A DNA stretch of 54,507 bases, from assembly GCA_002269645.1 (NCBI GenBank), contig NIVC01000429.1:1-54507 (forward strand), read 5' to 3'. The notes beneath the pieces were generated by a model. That model was not told the DNA's origin. It made no database searches and saw only the letters and a list, made by a program, of their open reading frames with translations. Shown piece by piece: positions 1 to 9,281 of the stretch (the stretch's first letter is position 1; each line of letters starts with the position of its first letter). This stretch comes from Macrostomum lignano. Its lineage: Eukaryota. A program made the translations under genes and the position numbers.

Positions 1-175
1 GTCGATGCCGAAATTTGAGGTCGATTTTAAACAGGGCGGAGCTACAGAAAGTTCGCCATCACAACTTCGGCACCAAAATTTGAAGTTGACTTTCGACAAA
101 AATTGTGAGTTTAGGTTGAATAATTATTGTCGCTATATGAATGCAATAACTAGCGCAGTGAATGAAAAGCCGACA

Positions 176-358
176 TGACTCCGCACTCACCTCACTCCGC
201 ACCCACCTCACTCCGCACCCACCTTACTCGGCACCCACCTCACTCCGCACCAACCTCATTCCGCACCCATCTCATTCCGCATCCACCTCACTCCGCACCC
301 ACACCTCGCTCCGCACCCACCTCGCTCCGCACCCAACTCGCCCCGCACCAACCTCATT
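176..358. repeat. Degenerate tandem repeat, about 15-16 bp (ctcactccgcaccca)
   Basis: Recurring ctccgcaccc core, visible directly. Confidence 0.8.
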
Positions 359-413
359 CTAAGGCGACCCCTACAACGTGAGAAAATGTTTGATTATTGG
401 ATTAATTTCTCAG

Positions 414-3400
414 CTTTTAACTCAAACAAACTCTCCAGGAGCTCGGAGGGCAAGCCGACGAACACAACCGATGACACACAGGACGGAAACGAATCGGAGA
501 CGAAGGAAGTTGAGCTGGAGGCCGGATCGCCAAACGAGACAAGCGAAGAATCTCGCGAGGAGGAGTCCGATGACGATGATGAGATGAAAGCTGAGGCGAG
601 TTTGCGACTACAAACCATGCTATATTTTAGAAATTAGTTCGTTCATTTAATACGCTCATGATTCAAGTTAGTCTACTTTTAGAAAACCAAAAAAAATAAT
701 AAACTCAACCATTGCAGCTCGAGGGTGAGTCGCACACGTTCCCAGTACCGCCGCCTCGAATTCTGACCCAGCCGATGGCTGCAGTGAAGAAATCTCCGAG
801 CCTCGTGTTTGGTGAGTACAATGGCAAGCGTTAGCACTGAACTCCGATCTCAGGAAATTGGAGAGCGGGTCTTTGGGATCGTGACTGGAAGACTTGTTCA
901 TGGTATCTGGGATCGTGCTGCGGAATTGAGTATCGGGTATCTGGAATCGGGTATCTGGAATCGGGTATCTGGAATCGGGTATCTGGAATCGGGTATCTGG
1001 AATCGGGTATCTGGAATCGGGTATCTGGAATCGGGTATCTGGAATCGGGTATCTGGAATCGGGTATCTGGAATCGGGTATCTGGAATCGGGTATCTGGAA
1101 TCGGGTATCTGGAATCGGGTATCTGGAATCGGGTATCTGGAATCGGGTATCTGGAATCGGGTATCTGGAATCGGGTATCTGGAATCGGGTATCTGGAATC
1201 GGGTATCTGGAATCGGGTATCTGGAATCGGGTATCTGGAATCGGGTATCTGGAATCGGGTATCTGGAATCGGGTATCTGGAATCGGGTATCTGGAATCGG
1301 GTATCTGGAATCGGGTATCTGGAATCGGGTATCTGGAATCGGGTATCTGGAATCGGGTATCTGGAATCGGGTATCTGGAATCGGGTATCTGGAATCGGGT
1401 ATCTGGAATCGGGTATCTGGAATCGGGTATCTGGAATCGGGTATCTGGAATCGGGTATCTGGAATCGGGTATCTGGAACAGCAAATCAGTAAATCTAGCA
1501 TTAGACAACAGTTTCTGAATCTGACTCTCCATAGGCCATCTCAGCATCATGGTGGCCAGCGTATCAGACGAGGCGATGCTGCTTCCGCTAAAGAGTCCGG
1601 CCTTGGCTGACCTGCTGGACAATGCGCCCAAGTACCGGGCAATTGCGCTACGCTGCGCCTGCGAGCTTATCTTCACTAGGCGCATCATTGTCAAGCGGGT
1701 GGTGAAGTGAGTGGAGACAATACCCGTCTATAAATACTATGAATAGCTGGAATTATTCTAAATAAAACTGTACACTTGAAACAGTCCGAAGACATATTAA
1801 TCAAAACTACTCTCTTTAGTTCAAATCTGTTTTAAGCGCCCTCCACCCCACAGTGCCCACCACACAATAGCGACCACCACCACGTGCCCACCAACCCACA
1901 GCGCTCACCACCCACAGTGCCCACCACTGAACAGCGCCCACCACCACACAGTGCCCACCACCCCACAGCGCCCACCACCCCACAGCGCCCACCACCACAC
2001 AGTGCCCACCACCCCACAGCGCCCACCACCCCACAGCGCCCACCACCACACAGTGCCCACCACCCCACAGCGCCCACCACCCCACAGCGCCCACCACCAC
2101 ACAGTGCACACCACCACACAGTTCCCACCACCCCACAGAGCCCACCACACAACAGCGACCACCACCACGTGCCCACCAACCCACAGCGCCCACCACCCAC
2201 AGTGCCCACCACCCACAGCGCCCACCACCCCACAGCGCCCACCACCACACAGTGCACACCACCACACAGTTCCCACCACCCCACAGAGCCCACCACACAA
2301 CAGCGACCACCACCACGTGCCCACCAACCCACAGCGCCCACCACCCACAGTGCCCACCAACCCCCAGCGCCCACCACCCACAGTGCCCACCACTGAACAG
2401 CGCTCACCACCACACAGTGCCCACCACCACACAGTGCACACCACCCCACAGTGCACACCACCACACAGTGCACACCACCACACAGTTCCCACCACCACAC
2501 AGTGCACACCACCACACAGTGCACACCACCACACAGTGCACACCACCACACAGTTCCCACCACCCCACAGCCCACCACCCCATAACGCCCACCACCCCAA
2601 AGCGCTCACCATTCCATCTAATGTAGTAAGGTTGTAAAAAATGAAGCACAAAATAATATTTCCAATCCCTGTCTATTCATATTTAATAGTAAAATCAGTC
2701 TGCCAAATTGAGCAGGTGGTGTCGCTACTCCCTTCTGCTGCTTCGCGGCCCGTCAGACTCTGCAATAAAAAAATTTCGGCAATGCCTTGAATCAACTAAT
2801 CGAGCTTTCCACGAGGCGGTGCCTTTTGATATTGAGCGTAATAGGCCGCGCCTACTTGCCTCCGAGATGCTGCCAGACAATCTTGGTCTGGCAGTGTGCG
2901 CAGACAGGCTGGGCCCCGCCTCGGCGACCTGGGAGCAGCAGATGCACCTGAACATGCCGCAGAAAAAGCTAGGAAAGCCGCTGTTTGGCAAACAACTTAG
3001 TGAGTGCTGAAGTGGTTTCCCATTGGTTGGGTTAGGTGGGGTGACTGATAACTGGCTGCGCTGGGCGGAGTGGGGTGGTGGCGATGATTGGCTGTGCGGG
3101 GTGGAGTGGCGTGGCTGATGATTGGCTGTGCTGGGCGGAGTGGGGTTTTTTTTATTTTTTTTTAAAGGAGACTCAGAATTTATTAATGCAAAATACTCAA
3201 TTTACTTTTTTGTGGCTGATGATTGGCTGTGCTGGGCGGAGTGGGGTGGCTGATGATTGGCTGTGCTGGGCGGAGTGGGGTGGCTGATGATTGGCTGTGC
3301 TGGGAGGAGAGGCTACTATTTTACTATCTCTACTAGCGGTAATGCTAGTGACAATTCCTCTCAATCCGCCAGGTCAGCTGCTTCCTAACAACAGGGCAAT

Positions 3401-3539
3401 CAGCCCTGTGCTGGCCCACGTTTATCCCAAATGGGGATTCCAGACTTCCAGGCCGATTCCGCACTCGCAGCTGTTCGAGGCGGCTGTGGACGAAGCTTTG
3501 GAGCTGGAGAAACGACAGGCGGCGGAGCTGAAGAAGTAG
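414..3539 (+). CDS. Multi-exon gene, hypothetical protein, 5'-partial; exons 414-595, 718-811, 1535-1706, 2716-2999, 3373-3539
   Basis: Splice sites and phases are mutually consistent: GAG|gcgagt..ttgcag|CTC (phase 0), TTTG|gtgagt..ccatag|GC (1), GAA|gtgagt..gagcag|G (2), CTTA|gtgagt..cgccag|GT (1), ending TAG at 3539. Spliced product: ...DDDDEMKAELEGESHTFPVPPPRIL...RAIALRCACELIFTRRIIVKRVVKWCRYSLLLLRGPS...EALELEKRQAAELKK*. Family not recognised. The 414 acceptor is the least certain boundary. Confidence 0.75.
933..1478. repeat. Perfect 14-bp minisatellite (tcgggtatctggaa) x39, intron 812-1534
   Basis: 546 bp of apparently identical units; a degenerate copy (tggtatctgggatcg) lies just upstream at about 901. 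Confidence 0.97.
1840..2600. repeat. C/A-rich complex tandem repeat (ccaccaccccacagcgc / ccaccacacagtgc), intron 1707-2715
   Basis: Low-complexity mosaic of related 14-20 bp units; generates spurious Pro/His/Thr and Gly/Val/Trp ORFs. Confidence 0.9.
3040..3305. repeat. 34-bp tandem repeat (gatgattggctgtgctgggcggagtggggtggct), intron 3000-3372, interrupted by an AT-rich insert
   Basis: About 6 copies; insert at about 3143-3212. Confidence 0.85.
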
Positions 3540-4612
3540 ATACAGCCTTCATCTGCGAATTCTTGCCCACTTGATTTATGATAATTTATGATGCTCCAAA
3601 GTGCTTGCTTGCTTTAGTATTCTTTTAAAACGTTGCTCATTGGGTTTATAATAAAATATATAGATAGGTCTGCAAGCTACATGGTTCAGTCAAACTGTCT
3701 GTCTGTATCGCTCATTGTGTTTAACTAACTTATCTCTGCTGTCTATCTCTGAGGGCGGGCAAACCCATCAGTTCTTGAAGACAAACATAGATTTTGGCGT
3801 ATTGACTCGAGCACATTCCAGCGGCCACTTCAATCTAATTCTGAACTGAGAACTTTCTGCATATCAAGACTTAGTTTTAAACTTGATTTGTTCATTTGAG
3901 CAAGAGCAATGTGTGAGGCCTCGTCTTCATTTTGCCGTTTATCTCTTGGTGATGCCATTTTTCAATGGCCAGCGTGCCTATTTTTAGGTATTGGTTACAT
4001 TAGTAGACCACTCTTTGGTCCTTAGTTTCCTTATGGTCCATCCTCGATCATCCAGGTCATTTCCTGGTCTCTCTTTAAACCAATTCTTCTTTCAATTCGT
4101 TTAATCTTGCTCATTCCGTCGCTTTCAGACATTTTATTCATCGTGTCAATTCAAGTTAGAGGCCCAAGTGCGCGTCTCTCTATCTCTCGTCTCTCCTTTC
4201 AGCTTTCTTCTTTCGCTCGCCAAGTGCAGGCAAACCTAACTCTGCCTCTCTGGCACCCAGTGGTTGCGTGCCCAGCACAGAGAGAGAGGGGCGGACAGAG
4301 TGTGGGGACAGTAAAGAAAAATGAAAAGCATATACTGCTGCACAAAGCAGCGCATTTTGGTCAGTATGGAGTCGGCATTCGCCAGGAAGGGTTCGGGTTC
4401 GCGCTGTACGCCCTATGCAGAGAGTGGGAGAGAGAGAGGGGAGGGAAGCGACAGACAGAAAGAGGCGAAGGCGCACAGCGCAGCTACCTTAGGAGGCAGC
4501 GGGTGTGCAATTTCCATTAGCTATTAATGCTCTCCTGCGCTCACCTGCGGGTCTCAGCAGACACTGCCTGAAGCAGTTGGGCCGGCCAGCTATTGCAGAC
4601 GCGCACTCGACA

Positions 4613-6892
4613 ATGCCAACAGCGGAACAGCCGCCGACGGCGCGGGTTCGAGTCCAGTCCAGCTTTGCCAGCGGCGCCTCCCAGCCGGAGGAATTCGCGA
4701 TCGAGCCGAGCATGACTGCCAGGGATCTGGCCAGGCTGGTGCTGGCCAGGCACGGGATGGCCGCCAGGGACCCCAGCCTGTACTACTTCACTCTGGATCC
4801 CGGAGGCGGCGGCGGCGGCGGCCTCCCGGATGATGCCAAGCTGCTCCCACAGCTGCTTCTATCCAGAAACAAGAAAAGCAGCAATGGCGGCAAGCCGAGC
4901 CTCCTGGTGATGCACATGCGCTCCGGCGGCCTGGTGAAAATCCACGACGCCGCCTGCTTGATGCCTGGCGGCTACTGCAAGTCGCTGTTCGTGTCCAGGC
5001 GGACAACCGCTGGCGAGGTGCTGCAGCTGCTGTTGGCCTCCTACGGCGCCAAGGCGGCCAGTCAGTCGGCGGAGTTCGTCCTGACGGAGCGGGACGCAGA
5101 GGGCCGCGAGCTGCGCCAGCTGGACCCGGATGACTGTCCGCTGGTCATCCAGCAGGCCAGGAAGGACTTGGAGATTCATTTGAAGCGAACTGGACGCACT
5201 GGAGAACCAGCTGCTCAACAGCCGGTGCAGTCGCCGAAGCCGCCGACACCACAGCAGCACCCGCCGTCACAGAAGCCACCGGAACAAAAAGGCGGGGGAG
5301 GCGGTAGCGAGACGCTGGCGCGCCTGCGCGACAGTTTCCGCGATCTGCAGCGCCTGCGGGCGGAGAACCGCGAGCTGTACGAGCGCGCGCTGCTGACCCA
5401 CCCGACCGAGCCGGCGGAGGCGGCAGCTGCCAGTGACCTGCGCGCCCGGCTACGCAAAGGAGGCGGCAGCGGTTTGGAGAGAAGCGGCTTCGAGTCGTTG
5501 ACGCGAAGACGCGGTGCTGCGCGCCGCCTTCAGCGACGTGAGGGCGCCGAAGCGCCAATGTCGGCGCGCGAGGCGCCGCGATCAGCTCATTATGCCGAAG
5601 TTGCCCCGGCCAAACGCAGCGCCGAGGCTGAGGAGGCCGTCGACAGGTCCACGGCATCGGCGGCGACTTCGTTCCGTCGTCAGACGACCGCCGATTCATC
5701 GAACGCGCGCAGCAGCGTGCGCAGCGTCCGCAGCGCGCGAAGTGAGGTCGCTCAGCGCAGAGTGATAGCTGCGCGGCAGAGTTCGCCACCGACCACGCCG
5801 ACGAACAACGTGCCGACCACGCCGACAACGCCGTTGACGCCGACAACGCCGACATCGGCAACGGGTGCGGCCCGGCGCCAGCTGCCGAGGTTACCCGCCG
5901 CCGGACCAGCGGCGCTCGCCGCCCAGCGCCAGTTGACCGGCACCAAGCGCGACTTTCAATGCCAAGCGGCTCTGGTCGAGCAGGAGTTCGAAGCCACCGA
6001 TAGCAGCAGGTGGCGACCGACGCTGATGGAGCTGCTGTCCGTCTGCCGACTTATCTGCCGCCGGCTGCACCGGCGCTCTTTCACTCACGGCTGGGGCATT
6101 CACTGCTACACCGCTCAGCTGCGCTTGCCAGCGGCTGAAGGCGCCAAGGACGCTTCCGACGCCGCTGACGCCATTTCAGGCCCCGTAGGCCGAAGTCCGG
6201 CTATCGGCATTGTCAACGGTGACAGCGGCGGCTTTGGCGGCGTCTTTCGCGCCAATCCGCGCCTGCTGGAGCGCCTGCGCCGCCTCACCGCCATCGATAG
6301 CGTCGCCGAGGACGGCGCCGCCGGTGGTGCCGACAGCGGCCTGCGAAGTGGAGATCTCCTGGTCGAGGTGAACGGCGTCTCAGTGCTGACCGCGTCGCCG
6401 GATGACATCGAGCGTATGCTGGAGCGGCACTGGACGCTGCACCTGCTGGTGGCGCGGCCGCGCACGAGCCGCCGCAGTCGGGAGAGCGATGCCGACTCTC
6501 TGGACGACGAATCTCTAGCCGCGGCAACTTTAGCGGCGGCGGGGCCGACCTCCTCGACGCCATCGTCGATTGCCGATTCAGAAAATTCGGAGTCAGCCGG
6601 CGGACTGCGGCTGCAGCTTCGGCGGCTTCGGCTGCGCTGCCAGGAGATGGCGGAGCGGGCCAGCGGCTTTGAGAGGCAGACGGAGCAGCTCCGCTCCCTG
6701 CTGGCTCAGCGGGCCCGCGTCAGCGTCCTCGACCAGTCCGGTGTCACTGCCGGCGGTCGCCGTCAGCTGCCAGCGACTCGACAGCCAGCGGGTGACAAGG
6801 CAGTGACAGCGAGTCCGGCGTCGAGAGCCTCCTTCAGGGTGATCCGAGAGCAGCAGCGACCGACAGTTGGGGAGATCACGTCCACGGTGTGA
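4613..6892 (+). CDS. Single-ORF protein with two Ras-association (RA/ubiquitin-like) domains, a coiled coil, a PDZ domain and a C-terminal PDZ-binding motif
   Basis: Open frame 4505-6892, first ATG at 4613. RA-like segments ARVRVQSSF...FAIEPSMTARDLARLVLARHGM...YYFTL and VKIHD...YCKSLFVSRRTTAGEVLQLLL...FVLTE...LRQLDPDDCPL. PDZ-like IDSVAEDGAAG..GLRSGDLLVEVNGVSV...LHLLVAR. Ends -ITSTV*. Strong GC3 codon bias. Confidence 0.85.
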   Translation: MPTAEQPPTARVRVQSSFASGASQPEEFAIEPSMTARDLARLVLARHGMAARDPSLYYFTLDPGGGGGGGLPDDAKLLPQLLLSRNKKSSNGGKPSLLVMHMRSGGLVKIHDAACLMPGGYCKSLFVSRRTTAGEVLQLLLASYGAKAASQSAEFVLTERDAEGRELRQLDPDDCPLVIQQARKDLEIHLKRTGRTGEPAAQQPVQSPKPPTPQQHPPSQKPPEQKGGGGGSETLARLRDSFRDLQRLRAENRELYERALLTHPTEPAEAAAASDLRARLRKGGGSGLERSGFESLTRRRGAARRLQRREGAEAPMSAREAPRSAHYAEVAPAKRSAEAEEAVDRSTASAATSFRRQTTADSSNARSSVRSVRSARSEVAQRRVIAARQSSPPTTPTNNVPTTPTTPLTPTTPTSATGAARRQLPRLPAAGPAALAAQRQLTGTKRDFQCQAALVEQEFEATDSSRWRPTLMELLSVCRLICRRLHRRSFTHGWGIHCYTAQLRLPAAEGAKDASDAADAISGPVGRSPAIGIVNGDSGGFGGVFRANPRLLERLRRLTAIDSVAEDGAAGGADSGLRSGDLLVEVNGVSVLTASPDDIERMLERHWTLHLLVARPRTSRRSRESDADSLDDESLAAATLAAAGPTSSTPSSIADSENSESAGGLRLQLRRLRLRCQEMAERASGFERQTEQLRSLLAQRARVSVLDQSGVTAGGRRQLPATRQPAGDKAVTASPASRASFRVIREQQRPTVGEITSTV

Positions 6893-7959
6893 GATGCCTA
6901 CAGGATTTCCTGCCTAGCGTTGCATGTAAAACGAAGCGAGCATAAGCTGGGTTCGGTGTTGGAAATCAGGGGTCAGGATTTACAGACATCAGTGGTCAGG
7001 AATCATAGCACATACCTAGGCAATTTTGTGCGTTTATTATAAAGTTGAGCTTCTTTAATGATGCAGTTTTTAGTTTTGATTTTTATATTCATAAATTCTG
7101 CTCGTCTTGTCGCACAGTAATCTGTGTCTGTGATATTATGGAAAGTTTTCAATGATCATAATTTAGCGACACATATGAGTTGTGCTTGCTTAAGTTTGAG
7201 ACATCTGTGATGTGTGTAACTTTTATGCAGCTGCCCTCAAATAGGCTTTCAACCATTGAGTTTAGCTTCTGTAGTTAATAGCGACCCCTGTACTCAGCAT
7301 TTAAATTGGCAGTTCTTCTCGCAACTCTTCCACAGTTTGAATGCTACACCTGTTTAAGCCTAATGCTTTACTAGTTCATTATCATACAATATATCTTAGG
7401 CTTTTTCGATATGCAAAGCTTTACATGTACGTTGTAGTAGTGTGTAGTAGTATCTGATGAAAGGGCAAGAAAAATTGAGTAAAATTGAGAGGCCTCTCTA
7501 TCAACCAAGACTTGCGAAACTAAGCCAAAGATAAATACAATTACCGCCCTCTCCTCACACACGCCCTTGCCAGTTCATGCCACTCTTGGATAGGCCCAAC
7601 TTTATCGTTCTCTGAATGAATGTACGCAGTGGCGGAGAGGAGGTTGACGTATCGATTTTGAGGTCCGGCCCTACACCTCGCGTTTTTTCCTTCCCGTTCC
7701 CGTAGCATGCACTCTTTTTTTTAGAGGCAGGGGGGTTGTGTGCACCCTGGCGCACTTTAAGCGACATAGGCACACAACCGGCGAGAGGCATTACTGCCCA
7801 TTCCGCCGACTCCCCTGAGCAGGCACACAAGCGCGCGGATACGTACGCAGGCACACACTCACACAGGAGTGTACAGCGGCCCTAACTTTATTTTATCGTT
7901 AGGCATGTACACTTCGCTGCGCCTTGGGGGGTTGGCTCTCAAGGCCGTTAATTGCACGA

Positions 7960-8066
7960 GCAGAGCCAAGCCGAGATTCCAATTCAGCCCCAAATTAATG
8001 TGACTGCACTTGGAATCGAGCCTGGGTCGCTGGCACACCAGAGCAGCTGCGCTACCGCTGGGCTAC
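7960..8066 (-). mobile_element. tRNA-derived SINE-like head
   Basis: Reverse complement gtagcccagcggtagcgc...ggctcgattcc has A-box-like and B-box-like motifs at tRNA spacing, but no complete cloverleaf. Confidence 0.45.
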
Positions 8067-8076
8067 GGCCCCCCTA

Positions 8077-8407
8077 GCATGCACTCACTTTATCGCTCTA
8101 TCTGAATTGATGTACGCATGTGGGGGAGAGGAGGTTGACTTATCGATTTTAAGGTCTGGCCCTACACCTCGCGTCTTTTCCTACCCGTACCCGCATGCAC
8201 TCACTTTATCGCTCTATCTGAATTGATGTACGCATGTGGGGGAGAGGAGGTTGACTTATCGATTTTAAGGTCTGGCCCTACACCTCGCGTCTTTTCCTAC
8301 CCGTCCCCGCATGCACTCACTTTATCGCTCTATTTGAATTGATGTACGCATGTGGGGGAGAGGAGATTGACTTATTGATTTGAAGGTCTGCCCTACACCT
8401 CGCGTCT
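8077..8407. repeat. 116-bp tandem repeat, about 2.9 copies; diverged copy at about 7595-7715
   Basis: Units start at 8077, 8193 and 8309 (gcatgcactcactttatcgctcta...). Confidence 0.9.
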
Positions 8408-9281
8408 AAGCGAATACTGATATATAAAATCCATAATCTGCCCTTGTCTCCCATAGAATATACGCAGTTTCGAAATTGTCGGTAGATGGAGACAAGCAAA
8501 TAACGCAGTAGTCTACTACTAGTAGTGTCTGAAAATGTTTGCTTTAAAAGCCCGTCGCAAATTTTTCACCTCTCAGTCGTAAATTATAAAATAATTGGTA
8601 TCGCACGGCCTATTGTGCTTCTTTGAGGCCGCGCCTCAACATTCAAACACGAGTAACAAACAACAGTGCAGTTCTTGTTCGCTTTCTTTTGCTTATATTT
8701 TAGATTAGATCACACTAAACCGAAATAAACAAAAATAAAACTGGGTTCGACTCTGACCTGTGTATATAGAATCAATATATTTTAGATGAAGATGTTAAGA
8801 TAGGTGCAAAAAAAATAAATTGCATGGATAACATTTGGGTATTTGTTTAGAATCTCAAAAAAATGGCAGAAAATTCTCCTAAGCACAAAGCTACACTTAC
8901 AAGATCGATACTCAATTCAGCGCTAGCATTGTCAAATAAATACCAGAAGCAGTTGAAAAAATTGAGATTTAAACAAAACCAATTGCTACTAAGTAAACAC
9001 AAGGAATATTTTGCTTATAAGTGAAAAGCTGGAGCTTTGAGTAAGCATATTGCACACGCACGCTAATACGAAATCTGAATTAAGATTTTCTTTGTTAATT
9101 AGTCATCAAATTACCAGCAGGTCAAGCCAATCTTTAAAGCATTTAGTGCAGTGCAGCGGCAGCCGCAGCGCAAGAGATAGGCAAAACTGACATGTTGTAA
9201 AGTACAAGCCGCATCAGGCCCACAGTGACGTGTGCAGCTCGGCGGCAGATTCTCCATCCATATACTGGCGTTGCCGTTCAG

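Noticed and set aside
4505-4612. N-terminal extension of the RA-PDZ ORF from the GTG at 4505
   Set aside because: It relies on a non-ATG start. An acceptor-like ttgcag at 4593-4598 just before ATG 4613 explains the region better.
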